In this document: positions 17,383 to 26,901 of the stretch, in pieces
Layout of the letters: each line of letters opens with the position of its first letter
Numbering within the stretch: position 1 is the stretch's first letter
Source of the DNA: Bacteriovoracia bacterium
GTDB lineage: Bacteria > Bdellovibrionota > UBA1018 > CAIPTA01
DNA length: 64,000 nt
Direction of reading: 5' to 3'
Assembly: GCA_050246755.1 (NCBI GenBank)
Contig: JBFWVL010000001.1
Location: 1,696,001 to 1,760,000 of the forward strand
Program-made: the position numbers and the translations under genes
Notes under the pieces: generated by a model
The model's input: the letters and a program-made list of their open reading frames with translations, nothing else
What the model was told of the DNA's origin: nothing
Database searches by the model: none

Positions 17383-18717
17383 ATGGACAGTTCTTATTTG
17401 CTCAACGAGCGAAAATATTTAGATCCGCTCGCGCGGACGGTGCTCTATGGCTTCACGGGAAAAGTGAATAAAGCCGTAGGGCTCACGTTTGAAGCGATCC
17501 TTCCCGGCGCTGCCATCGGCAGCATTTGCCGTCTAGATATCGGCCCGAATATTAAACCAGTTCTCGCTGAGGCCATCGGCTTCCACGGGCACAACGTAGT
17601 GTTCATGCCCCTTGAAGAAGTGCACGGAATCAACAACCAGTCGCGCGTGACTCTGCTCACCAAGCAAGCCACCGTGCGCGTTTCGGATCAGCTGCTCGGC
17701 CGCGTGCTCGACGGCCGCGGAAATCCCATGGACAAGCTGCCCGCGGCGAGCGACGGCGTGGAGATGCCGCTCTATTCGGCCCCGATCAATCCGCTCGAGC
17801 GCGAGCCGATCACCGAAAGCTTAGACCTCGGCGTGCGCGCCCTTAACGGACTAATCACCTGCGGTTCCGGCCAGCGGATGGGAATCATGGCCGGCTCCGG
17901 CGTGGGCAAGAGCGTGCTCCTCGGCATGATCGCGCGGTATACGCGCGCGGACGTGAACGTGATCGCGCTGGTGGGCGAGCGGGGCCGCGAGGTAAGAGAA
18001 TTCTTGGAGCGCGATCTCGGGCCAGAAGGCTTGGCGCGTTCCGTGGTGGTAGTGGCCACCAGCGAGCAGAGCGCCTTGCTGCGCATGCGCGCCGCTTATC
18101 TCGCCACCACGATCGCCGAGCGCTTCGCCGACGAAGGCAAGAAAGTTCTGCTGCTCATGGATTCCCTCACGCGCTTTTGTATGGCGCAGCGGGAAATCGG
18201 ACTGTCGCTCGGAGAGCCACCCGCCACCAAAGGGTATACGCCTTCCGTATTCGCCACCCTGCCCCGTCTGCTTGAGCGCGCCGGTGCCCGGGGAAATAAA
18301 GGCGGATCGATCACCGGTCTCTATACCGTGCTCGTGGAGGGTGACGATCTCGATGATCCGATCGCAGATTCCGCGCGCTCCATCCTCGACGGTCACATCG
18401 TGCTTTCCCGCGCCCTCGCCGATAAGGGCCACTTCCCTTCGATTGATGCGCTCAAAAGCGTGTCACGGGTGATGCGCTCGGTGGTGAGCGCGGAGCATTC
18501 GGATCTTTCGGCCGCGATCCGTGAGCTGATGTCGATCTATCGCGACGCCGAAGATTTGATCAATATCGGTGCCTACGTGCGCGGCAGCAATCCCAAGATC
18601 GACAAAGCGATCGAGCTTAATGACTTCATCAACCGCTTTCTCCGCCAGGACGTGCGCGATAAAACCTCTACCCAAGATACCGTGGCGCTCATGCGTGCGA
18701 TCGTGAGGGGAGCGTAG
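17383..18717 (+). CDS. fliI: Flagellar export ATPase FliI
   Basis: AGSGVGKS, GERGREVREF, GEPPATKGY. Confidence 0.97.
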   Translation: MDSSYLLNERKYLDPLARTVLYGFTGKVNKAVGLTFEAILPGAAIGSICRLDIGPNIKPVLAEAIGFHGHNVVFMPLEEVHGINNQSRVTLLTKQATVRVSDQLLGRVLDGRGNPMDKLPAASDGVEMPLYSAPINPLEREPITESLDLGVRALNGLITCGSGQRMGIMAGSGVGKSVLLGMIARYTRADVNVIALVGERGREVREFLERDLGPEGLARSVVVVATSEQSALLRMRAAYLATTIAERFADEGKKVLLLMDSLTRFCMAQREIGLSLGEPPATKGYTPSVFATLPRLLERAGARGNKGGSITGLYTVLVEGDDLDDPIADSARSILDGHIVLSRALADKGHFPSIDALKSVSRVMRSVVSAEHSDLSAAIRELMSIYRDAEDLINIGAYVRGSNPKIDKAIELNDFINRFLRQDVRDKTSTQDTVALMRAIVRGA

Positions 18718-19206
18718 ATGAAAAAGTTTAATTTCCGCCTCGAAGCCGTAGAAAGGCACCGCAAACTGCAGGAGCAGGAACGGCAGGTACACTTAGCTCG
18801 CTGCCTGGAAAAAATGCGGACCACCGAGAAGCGTTTACTGGAGCTCGATAAAAAAGAAGTGCAGGCGCGCCGGGAGTTTTCGGGCCTGGGGAGTCCTGGG
18901 CAAAACGAGGGGCTTACGGCCGCGAAATTTTGGATGCTCGATCAGTTTATTCAAGGCCAAAGGGTGCGCCGCGTGGATTTGAAGCAGCAGCTGGAGATCG
19001 AGGAGCAAACGGTAGCGCAGGCCTACCGGGATTTCCTCCATGCCCGGCAGCAGAGAAAAATCATGGAAAAGCTGCACGAGAAAAAGCTGAATCAGTTTAA
19101 GGCGGATTTTCGCCGCCACGAAGGGCACCTCGTGGATGAGCAGTACGTTACGAGGAATCGCCTGAAGACGAATGGCAACGGGCCCGGACAAGGAGGCGAG
19201 AAGTGA
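18718..19206 (+). CDS. fliJ: Flagellar export chaperone FliJ
   Basis: MKKFNFRLEAV start, coiled coil, follows fliI. Confidence 0.9.
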   Translation: MKKFNFRLEAVERHRKLQEQERQVHLARCLEKMRTTEKRLLELDKKEVQARREFSGLGSPGQNEGLTAAKFWMLDQFIQGQRVRRVDLKQQLEIEEQTVAQAYRDFLHARQQRKIMEKLHEKKLNQFKADFRRHEGHLVDEQYVTRNRLKTNGNGPGQGGEK

Positions 19207-19814
19207 AAGGTAAAGTAGTTCTACTCACGGGCTGCGTATTCATGTTGCTAATGGCCGCCAGTGTGGTGGCAGAAGAAAGCAAAAAGGAAGAGGCAAAGTC
19301 CGCCAGTTCCGCTCCGGCCGCGAAGAAAACCAGCACGCCCGTAGCCCTCACGGTGGAGGCGATCCAGGAGCTCGAGGAACGTAAAAATTCTCTCGATGGC
19401 CGCGAGCAGGCCCTGAACGAGCGCGCCACGGCACTCGATCTCCAGGAAAAGATTTTGAAGGATAAGCTCAAGCGCATGGAAGAGCTCAACCAGAAGATGG
19501 CGGAAAAGCTCGATACCTTTAAAAAGGACCATGATTCGCGGGTTACGAAGCTGGTCACGATGGTGGAAACCATGAAGCCCGCGGCGGCCGCGGCCTATAT
19601 CGAGCAGCTGGACCCCGATCTCGCGGTGGAGATTCTCGCGCGTATTCAGGTGGCCCGCGCGGCCAAGATTCTAAACCTCGTGGAAAAAACGAAGAGCGCC
19701 CGCCTCACGGAGCTCTACGCCGGCTACCGGCAAAGCATCGATCCGCCCGCACCCGCCGCGGTGCCGCCCAGTGCGGAGAAGAAGGAGGACGCGAACGCAC
19801 CCAAGAAAATGTAA
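19203..19814 (+). CDS. MotE/FlbB-like protein (coiled coil plus MgtE-N-like domain)
   Basis: Signal/TM, coiled coil, KLVTMVETMKP..AA...AAKIL; typical position between fliJ and fliK. Confidence 0.85.
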   Translation: MKGKVVLLTGCVFMLLMAASVVAEESKKEEAKSASSAPAAKKTSTPVALTVEAIQELEERKNSLDGREQALNERATALDLQEKILKDKLKRMEELNQKMAEKLDTFKKDHDSRVTKLVTMVETMKPAAAAAYIEQLDPDLAVEILARIQVARAAKILNLVEKTKSARLTELYAGYRQSIDPPAPAAVPPSAEKKEDANAPKKM

Positions 19815-19826
19815 GTGGTTAAACGT

Positions 19827-19896
19827 CGGTTTCAGTTTGAGTTTCGGTTCAAAAACCAGAAACGAGAGCCAGAAACAGCGATCGAAAACGGAAGAC
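19827..19896. repeat. Degenerate inverted ~6-nt repeat tract
   Basis: CGGTTT CAGTTT GAGTTT CGGTTC followed by repeated (A/G)AAAC units. Confidence 0.45.
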
Positions 19897-19926
19897 AGAC
19901 AACAATTTACCAGGAGGGTAAATAGA

Positions 19927-21435
19927 ATGGATATGTCGAACGCAACCGCTGCCGGCCCTTCCTATGGACTATTCGATGTTTTATTCGGATCGGCACCTAA
20001 GGAAGAAACGGGAGACGGACAAGAGTTCGGGCCGATGATGGATATCATCAAAGCTCTGAACAAAGGCAAGGAAGAGTTATCGCAAGGTGGCAGTCGGACC
20101 GATAAGGGGACTGTTTCGGAAGTTGGCGCGGGTGAATCCCGGGCCATGATGGCTTCCGAAAAAGACGCGATGGCAGCTGAGCTGGCACAGAATCGCCTCG
20201 AATCCGAGACGAGAGACCGGGAATTGCGGGAACGCATGCAGGCTCTCTTCGGAATCGGGATGGTTCAAGGGCCCGCGGCAATGAATCAGGCTCCGGCGAC
20301 CCCGGAAATGCCGGAAGCATTGCCCACGCTCGATGCCAAAGAGATCAATCGCGCCCTGAAGGAAAAATCTCTCCCTGGCCTAAGTGAATCCGAGCAAAAA
20401 TTGCTCGAAGCGGTGAACGGAAAACTGGCGGCAACCAATGCCGAGCAGGCCCTTTCCGCTAAGGAACAAGCCTCGGCCAGCGCGCTCGAAAAAGAGCTCG
20501 CCGGCAAGGGCATCAATCCACGCGATATCAAGAGCGGTGAAGCTCAGGGTACTACGCCAGAAAAAATAGTAAGCACGGAAACCTACCTCAAGATGCACGA
20601 AGCTTTCGGTAAGAACCAAGCGAAGGACGCGGGCGTCACTAAGCGCCTCGTGGCCGTCGACGACGTTCCGCCCCAGGGCGTGAGCGGACCAGAAAGCTTG
20701 GTCCGCAATGCAGTCGCTGAGTCCGAAGGCAAAGGCAAAAACCAGGATCTGCTCGGGAACGCGCACCGTCAGGGGCTCGATAAGCTCGATGGCGATTCTG
20801 GATCAAAGGTGAAGGGGCCCGGCAGCGGGGCTTTCGCCGAGATGATGCAGTCGCTGAAGGGTGAAGGCTCGCTCGAGACCAAGGACGTATTTCTTTCGGG
20901 TAAGCCCGAACAGATGCGCCCCGTCTTGATGGGCGAAGTTCAGCAGGGGGTGAACGTACAGGCACTGAAGGGCGGCGGCGAGATGCGTCTCGTGGTTCAT
21001 CCTCCGGAGCTCGGTGAAGTTCATCTCAAGGTGGGTACTAAGGAAGGCAAAGTAGAAGTTTCGGTTACCGCGGAAAACAACAAGGTAGCCGATATGATCC
21101 GGGGCGGTTCCAAGGAATTGGAAAGCTCGCTCCAGGATAAAAATCTAACTTTGGCTAAGTTCGAAGTAACCGTAAGCGACCAAGTAACCGTTGCTTCCTC
21201 CGACACGAAGAGCAGCCAGAACGATCAGTTCTCCTCGCAGAATCAGAATGGATTCCTGCAAGGAAACGGCCGTGAAGGCAGCTCCTCGGCTCGCCGGGAA
21301 AGCAATCAGGGGCGGGAACCCAATTTTGGTTCCTTCCTCGATGAACCAGCGCGCTCGGGCCCCGGCACGCGAGTGAAGAATTCGGCGCGTGCGCCGGTTC
21401 TTTCCTCCGCGGGACGGCTCGACGTGGTGGCGTAG
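19927..21435 (+). CDS. fliK: Hook-length control protein FliK
   Basis: C-terminal HPPELGEV domain; long disordered N-terminus; AGGAGG SD before ATG 19927. Confidence 0.92.
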   Translation: MDMSNATAAGPSYGLFDVLFGSAPKEETGDGQEFGPMMDIIKALNKGKEELSQGGSRTDKGTVSEVGAGESRAMMASEKDAMAAELAQNRLESETRDRELRERMQALFGIGMVQGPAAMNQAPATPEMPEALPTLDAKEINRALKEKSLPGLSESEQKLLEAVNGKLAATNAEQALSAKEQASASALEKELAGKGINPRDIKSGEAQGTTPEKIVSTETYLKMHEAFGKNQAKDAGVTKRLVAVDDVPPQGVSGPESLVRNAVAESEGKGKNQDLLGNAHRQGLDKLDGDSGSKVKGPGSGAFAEMMQSLKGEGSLETKDVFLSGKPEQMRPVLMGEVQQGVNVQALKGGGEMRLVVHPPELGEVHLKVGTKEGKVEVSVTAENNKVADMIRGGSKELESSLQDKNLTLAKFEVTVSDQVTVASSDTKSSQNDQFSSQNQNGFLQGNGREGSSSARRESNQGREPNFGSFLDEPARSGPGTRVKNSARAPVLSSAGRLDVVA

Positions 21436-21454
21436 CGATTAGAAAATAGTAGAA

Positions 21455-21484
21455 CCCGGGGAGATAAATCCCCGGGAACTTTTT
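21455..21484 (+). terminator. GC hairpin between fliK and flgD (terminator or stabiliser)
   Basis: CCCGGGGA-GATAAA-TCCCCGGG followed by AACTTTTT. Confidence 0.5.
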
Positions 21485-21495
21485 GAAAGGCGAAT

Positions 21496-22527
21496 ATGTC
21501 CGATATCAAAAGCGTAAATAATAACGTAGCCAAAGGCCCCGATCAGCACGTCGAGCAAATCCGCCAGAAGCTTGGAACCGATTTCAGCGATCGCAAGATC
21601 GCCGGCAAGAAAAATAAGAACGAGATGGGGAAAGACGATTTCGTTAAGCTGATGAGCGCCCAGCTTAAATACCAGGATCCGATGAGCCCGATGAAGAACG
21701 AAGAGATGGCCGCGCAGCTCGCGCAATTTTCCGCGCTCGAGCAGATGGTGAACGTGAACCAAAATTTAGAAAAAATGACCGCCGCGCAGAAGCCGCAGGA
21801 CAACGTGCTGGCCGCCTCCCTCATAGGGAAAAGAGTGCAAACCGATTCTTCGCGCTTTCAATTGGCAAAGGGCCAGCAGCCAGAAATTAAATTTGAAATT
21901 CCTGAGAACGCCGAAGCGGTGAATGTTTCGGTCGTGGACGCCAAAGGCGAAGTGATTCGCGAGATCGAGCTCGGCGCGATGGGAAAAGGCGCACAGTCGA
22001 TCCGCTGGGACGGCAAGAACGGCAAGGCCCAGGAGCAGGCGGTGGGAGAATATACTTTCCGCGTGAACGCGGCGGGCGAGGGCGGTAAGCCGGTTCAGGT
22101 GATTACCAGCACGAGCGGGCTGGTGTCGGGCGTGAGTTTCGAGGGCGGAAAACCGATGCTTCTCGTGGGTGACAAAAAAATAGCACTAGATACCGTGGGA
22201 AGAATCGAAGCAGATAGCCCTGCAGCGGCCCGCCAGGAAAATTCGTCCGTCAGCGCGTTGACGGATCAAGACGTTTTGAATGCCGGAACCAAACTTCCAG
22301 GAGCCAGCGACGAGAAAAAATCCTCGTCGGGAAAAAATACAAAATCAACGCAGCAGGCAAAAAACAACTTGCCGAACGAGCTCAGCGCTGAGAAAATAAA
22401 ATCTATGTTGCAGGCTCTAGGCGCTTCTCCTTCGCAAGAAAGAGCGGAAGCAGAGCAAGAGGCAGCACCCGAGGGACTGAATGGCGGCATGGGAGCCGAC
22501 CCCCTCTGGAATCCCGCAAATCTTTAA
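21496..22527 (+). CDS. flgD: Hook cap protein FlgD with C-terminal extension
   Basis: GKDDFVKL, QDPMSP, QLAQFSALEQ, WDGKN. Confidence 0.96.
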   Translation: MSDIKSVNNNVAKGPDQHVEQIRQKLGTDFSDRKIAGKKNKNEMGKDDFVKLMSAQLKYQDPMSPMKNEEMAAQLAQFSALEQMVNVNQNLEKMTAAQKPQDNVLAASLIGKRVQTDSSRFQLAKGQQPEIKFEIPENAEAVNVSVVDAKGEVIREIELGAMGKGAQSIRWDGKNGKAQEQAVGEYTFRVNAAGEGGKPVQVITSTSGLVSGVSFEGGKPMLLVGDKKIALDTVGRIEADSPAAARQENSSVSALTDQDVLNAGTKLPGASDEKKSSSGKNTKSTQQAKNNLPNELSAEKIKSMLQALGASPSQERAEAEQEAAPEGLNGGMGADPLWNPANL

Positions 22528-22557
22528 GTTGGAAAGATTCCGACCGAGGTTATCGAA

Positions 22558-22986
22558 GTGAGTGAATTGTTGATTCCACAAGTAGGCGCGATTCGGCCCC
22601 AGCAGGGTGCGGGCGAAGTTGCGCGCACTCCGGCGCAGAAAGCGCAAGACGGGGCGGCTTTCGAAAAGCTGCTGCGTGGAACTATCGACGACGGCGCTAA
22701 GACTGCTCCCCTGCCGGGCAAGACTGTTCCCTCGGAATTAAAGTTCAGCTCCCACGCCCTGAGCCGCATCAAGGATCGCGGAATCTCGATGGGCGATGGC
22801 TTGATGGAAAAGCTGGAGAAGGCGGTAACGGCCGCCGGCGAAAAAGGTTCGAAGGAGTCGCTCGTTCTCTCCAAGGACGCGGCCTTCATCGTTTCGGTAA
22901 AAAATAAAACGGTTATTACGGTGATGGATCGTGCGCAAATGAATAGCAACGTATTCACCAATATAGATTCAACGGTGGTCATCTAA
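22558..22986 (+). CDS. Flagellar operon protein (TIGR02530-like)
   Basis: LKFSSHA..R, KGSKESLV, NVFTNIDS. Confidence 0.9.
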   Translation: MSELLIPQVGAIRPQQGAGEVARTPAQKAQDGAAFEKLLRGTIDDGAKTAPLPGKTVPSELKFSSHALSRIKDRGISMGDGLMEKLEKAVTAAGEKGSKESLVLSKDAAFIVSVKNKTVITVMDRAQMNSNVFTNIDSTVVI

Positions 22987-23185
22987 GATGGAGGACAAAC
23001 GTTGAAGTGAACTTTGGGATCCAGCGCCAGTGAGGGCGCATAGATCCACGAGAAAATAGGATGAAAAGAATGATCTTTATCATCCGGGGAAATTAGATGT
23101 TTAACTGACGGCCGGACCCTTACGGGAGGCCATGGACAGCGGCCGATTGCCGAAGTCCACGTAAGAAAGAGCAGGAGGCTCTCGT

Positions 23186-24475
23186 ATGGGTATTCTATCT
23201 TCAATGTACACTGGTGTATCAGGCGTTCAAGCGAACGGTGAAGCGCTGGGAATTATCTCGGACAACATTGCCAACGCCAATACCGTGGGTTTCAAAACCA
23301 GCCGGGCAGAATTTGCCGACGTGGTAGCGAAATCTCTCAAAGGTATTCTCGGCGGTAACCAGATCGGCCGCGGAACGAAACTGAACGGCGTAACCCAGGT
23401 GTTCTCGCAGGGTTCGATCACGCAAACCGACAAAGCCACCGACGTTGCCATCTCCGGCGACGGTTTCTTCGTGGTTGATGGCCCGGAAGGCCGCGCTTAC
23501 ACTCGTAACGGCTCTTTCAACTTCAACAAAGACGGCGAGCTCGTGAACGTAGACGGTGCCATCGTAAAAGGCTTCCGCGCCGAAGATAACGGGAAGATCA
23601 GCACCCGCCTCGACGCCATTAAGCTCGACCGCACGGTGATCGACGCGAAGAAAACGGAAAACGTAGACATCGCGATGAACCTCGACATCCGTTCCGACGT
23701 GCTCGAGATTCCTTTCGATCCGATGAAGCCCAACGAGACTTCTAACTATTCCACCGGCATCACGGTTTACGATTCCGCCGGTAACGCGCACAACCTCACC
23801 ATGTACTTCAACAAGACCGCGGATAGCCAGTGGACCTGGAGAGCCATGGGTAAAGGCGAAGAGATGGTGGGCGGCGTGAAGGGCCAGGGATTCGAAGGCG
23901 CTTCGGGAACGCTACAATTCTCGATCGACGGTAAGCTTCAGTCTCAAACGATCACCAAGAACGCGTTCAGCTTCACCAAAGGGGCTCAGCCGGACCAAGC
24001 CATTAACTTTAAGTTCGGCGATGATATCCTCGGTGGCGGAACCGGCGTGAAGGGCTCTACCCAGTACGGCTCGAACTCCGATATCTACAAGCATACCCAG
24101 GATGGATACACCGCGGGAACCGTGGGCGGCCTCTCGTTTAACGACGACGGCGTGCTGGCGGCGTTCTACACCAACGGCGTAACCAAGAACTTGGCCCAGG
24201 TAGCGATCGCGAAGTTCGAAAACAACGAAGGCTTGCTCAAGGCCGGTAACAATATGTTCCGCGAATCCCGTAACTCGGGCGCCGCGAACGTAGGGGCACC
24301 GAACAACGCGGGCCGCGGAAAGGTGTTTTCGAAGTCGGTAGAGGCGTCCACCACGGACATCGCTTCCGAGTTCGTGAACCTGATCCAAATGCAGCGCGCC
24401 TTCCAGGCCAACGCCCGCACGCTCACCTCGTCCGACGAGCTGATGCAAGAGATCCTGAACATGAAGCGCGGCTAA
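23186..24475 (+). CDS. flgE: Flagellar hook protein FlgE
   Basis: NIANANTVGFK, YTRNGSF, QRAFQAN. Confidence 0.97.
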   Translation: MGILSSMYTGVSGVQANGEALGIISDNIANANTVGFKTSRAEFADVVAKSLKGILGGNQIGRGTKLNGVTQVFSQGSITQTDKATDVAISGDGFFVVDGPEGRAYTRNGSFNFNKDGELVNVDGAIVKGFRAEDNGKISTRLDAIKLDRTVIDAKKTENVDIAMNLDIRSDVLEIPFDPMKPNETSNYSTGITVYDSAGNAHNLTMYFNKTADSQWTWRAMGKGEEMVGGVKGQGFEGASGTLQFSIDGKLQSQTITKNAFSFTKGAQPDQAINFKFGDDILGGGTGVKGSTQYGSNSDIYKHTQDGYTAGTVGGLSFNDDGVLAAFYTNGVTKNLAQVAIAKFENNEGLLKAGNNMFRESRNSGAANVGAPNNAGRGKVFSKSVEASTTDIASEFVNLIQMQRAFQANARTLTSSDELMQEILNMKRG

Positions 24476-24509
24476 TAGCTGGCTGAGTTCCAAGTAGTTT
24501 GAACATCTA

Positions 24510-24541
24510 GGCGGAGGATTCTTTTACGGGATTCCTCCGCC
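24510..24541 (+). terminator. Hairpin downstream of flgE
   Basis: GGCGGAGGATTC...GATTCCTCCGCC. Confidence 0.55.
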
Positions 24542-24571
24542 AACCCTAGCCCTTTTCCTACCGAGGTTCTC

Positions 24572-24691
24572 TTGAAGAAGATTCCCTGGCTTATATGCCT
24601 GGTATATTTGCTCGCGGCCGTGATGCCGTCTCTATTCGTAGATAAGGTAAATGCTCGCCAGCCTGCCTCCAAGTTCACGACCGATTATTAG
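24572..24691 (+). CDS. Putative 39-aa membrane/secreted microprotein (absent from ORF track)
   Basis: GAGG-N5-TTG; MKKIPWLICLVYLLAAVMPSLFVDKVNARQPASKFTTDY. Confidence 0.5.
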   Translation: MKKIPWLICLVYLLAAVMPSLFVDKVNARQPASKFTTDY

Positions 24692-24704
24692 CCAAACCTT
24701 TGAC
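24691..24704. promoter_or_regulatory. Putative enhancer box upstream of the fliL promoter
   Basis: GCCAAACCTTTGAC, one mismatch from GTCAA-N4-TTGAC. Confidence 0.5.
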
Positions 24705-24850
24705 ACCACTGAACAGAGCAGTTTGACGCTTCTGGGCCGTAGTGCCGAGATCCGCCTTTCACACGTTTCTCGCTAAGAAAATTCTTCCGCACTTTCAGCT
24801 ATTTCCCTTCTTTCTTCCTTTTCGGGTTTTCGACTCCGCCAATTTGCCGC

Positions 24851-24865
24851 TGGCATATGCATTGC
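24851..24865 (+). promoter_or_regulatory. Sigma54 promoter of the fliL-fliA operon
   Basis: TGGCATATGCATTGC. Confidence 0.85.
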
Positions 24866-24908
24866 AATCTCCTTTTTGGGTTCATCTAGATTCTCATGGA
24901 GGAGTATC

Positions 24909-25505
24909 GTGGCCGAGAAAGAAGCAGCAGCAGAAGCAGTACCCGCTAGCGGTGGGAGCGATAAATCCGGCAAGATGATGATGGGCATGCTTGGCCTCAA
25001 TATGGTCGTAGTGATCGCCGTGGCTATAACCCTTTTCCTCGGGCAAAAGAAACAAGCCCAGCAGCAAACCCTGGATCAAGTAGAGCAGGGCGCGGCGGCT
25101 GGTGGCGAGCATGGGGCGGCTCCGGCCGGCGAACATGGCGCAGCTCCGGCCGGTGAGCACGGCGGCGGCGGGCACGGTGGCGGCGAAGCGCCGCCCGCGA
25201 GCGACGCCCACTTTTTCAGCGTGGGCGATTTTACCGCTAATCTTTCCGGCCCGGCTTCCACGCATTACGCCAAAATTTCCGTAAATTTTGAAGTGAGCAA
25301 AGACAGCGACGAAGAAGAAATGAAGCAGCGCCGTCCTCAGTTCCGCGACAAAATCATTTCCTTGCTGAACAGCAAAAAGCCCGCCGACCTGCAGTCGGCC
25401 GAAGGCCGCTCTTTCCTGAAGGAAGAAATCCGCTCCACCGCGAACCAATATATTAAAAAAGGAAAAGTAGAAGGAGTCTACTTTTCCGCATTCGTTATCA
25501 ACTGA
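24909..25505 (+). CDS. fliL: Basal body-associated protein FliL
   Basis: TM, FTANL, RDKIISLL, VYFSAFVI; GGAGGAG SD before GTG 24909. Confidence 0.93.
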   Translation: MAEKEAAAEAVPASGGSDKSGKMMMGMLGLNMVVVIAVAITLFLGQKKQAQQQTLDQVEQGAAAGGEHGAAPAGEHGAAPAGEHGGGGHGGGEAPPASDAHFFSVGDFTANLSGPASTHYAKISVNFEVSKDSDEEEMKQRRPQFRDKIISLLNSKKPADLQSAEGRSFLKEEIRSTANQYIKKGKVEGVYFSAFVIN

Positions 25506-25514
25506 GGAAGCTGA

Positions 25515-26537
25515 ATGAATCAGGTCTTATCTCAATCCGAAGTAGACGCACTCTTAAACGCGGTGATGGATCCGGGCGCGGATGCGGGCGCGGCGGCGCC
25601 CGGCGGTGGCGATAGCGGCGCTGGGGCGGGGGCCGACGGCGAAAAGGCGAATTACAATATCAACGTGATGCCGTACGATCTGGGTAACCAGGATCGCGTG
25701 ATCCGCGGCCGCATGATGACGCTCGATATTATCTATGAGCGCTTCATCCGTTTGTTCCGGGTGAGCTTGTCTACGGCGCTCAGAAAAATCGCTTCCCTCT
25801 CGATTATTTCCACCGATCTTCTGAAGTTCGGGGAATTCCTCAATACCCTTCCGATTCCTTCCTGTATGGGGGTAATGCGTTTCGATACTTTGCGCGGCTC
25901 GGGCATGATCGTGATCGAATCGAAGCTGGTTTACGCTCTCGTAGACGCTTTCTTCGGCGGCTCGGATCGCCCCTACACGAAGAGCGAAGGAAAAGAATTT
26001 ACGCGCATCGAGCTCAGCGTGATCGCAAAGGTAGTGGACCTTGCCCTCAAGGACCTCGATGAAGCTTGGGCACCGGTGCACAAGACCGATATTTCCTTCG
26101 TGCGCATCGAGGTTAACCCCCAGTTCGTGGGTCTCGTACCTCCTTCCGACATCGTGATTTCGACCACCTTCGAGGTGGAGCTCGAGCACGCGTCCGGCAC
26201 CGTGGCCGTGGTGGTGCCTTACCAAACCCTCGAACCGATCAAAGAAAAACTCAACGCCGGCTTTCAGCCCGAGGGCGACCGCTTCGAGAAGGTTTGGACC
26301 GGGCAAATTCGTGAGCACTTGGGTGATACCTATCTGAACGCCCGCGTGAATCTTGGTGAGACAAACCTCACCGTAGGTGATCTCGTGAACCTCAATATCG
26401 GCGACGTGATCCCGCTCAAGCAGGATGCCGACGGCGAGCTGGATTTTTTCGTGGAAGGTACGCCGAAGTTCAAATGCCGCTTTGGAGTGTCGCGGGGAAA
26501 TCGCGCCATTCAAGTCACGAAGCCGATCGTAGAATAA
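25515..26537 (+). CDS. fliM: Motor switch protein FliM
   Basis: LSQSEVDALL, EFTRIE, EVNPQF. Confidence 0.97.
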   Translation: MNQVLSQSEVDALLNAVMDPGADAGAAAPGGGDSGAGAGADGEKANYNINVMPYDLGNQDRVIRGRMMTLDIIYERFIRLFRVSLSTALRKIASLSIISTDLLKFGEFLNTLPIPSCMGVMRFDTLRGSGMIVIESKLVYALVDAFFGGSDRPYTKSEGKEFTRIELSVIAKVVDLALKDLDEAWAPVHKTDISFVRIEVNPQFVGLVPPSDIVISTTFEVELEHASGTVAVVVPYQTLEPIKEKLNAGFQPEGDRFEKVWTGQIREHLGDTYLNARVNLGETNLTVGDLVNLNIGDVIPLKQDADGELDFFVEGTPKFKCRFGVSRGNRAIQVTKPIVE

Positions 26538-26559
26538 TTTTTAGCAGGGGAGAGAAAAT

Positions 26560-26901
26560 ATGGAACTAGAAAACGCAAATATCGGAACCGCCCCCGGTGG
26601 TAACGCCGCTGGCGCAACGAAGAAACCCGAAGGCGATGAGATTCATAATCTCGACTTCATCCTCGATATCCCGCTGCGCGTAAGCGTGGAGCTCGGCCGG
26701 ACGAAAATCCTCGTTCGCGATCTCCTGCAGCTCGGGCAGGGTTCGGTGGTGGAGTTGGCGAAGTTCGCCGGCGAACCTCTCGAGCTTCTCGTGAACGACA
26801 AGCTCATCGCTCGCGGTGAGGTAGTGGTGGTGAACGAGAAATTCGGCCTTCGCCTGACCGACATTATTTCTCCCGTAGAACGTATTGAACAACTAAAGTA
26901 A
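26560..26901 (+). CDS. fliN: Motor switch protein FliN
   Basis: ILDIPLRVSVELG, ARGEVVVVNEKFG. Confidence 0.97.
   Translation: MELENANIGTAPGGNAAGATKKPEGDEIHNLDFILDIPLRVSVELGRTKILVRDLLQLGQGSVVELAKFAGEPLELLVNDKLIARGEVVVVNEKFGLRLTDIISPVERIEQLK

Noticed and set aside
19771-19926. N-terminal extension of FliK in the ORF track
   Set aside because: It spans the repeat tract; a strong SD supports ATG 19927.
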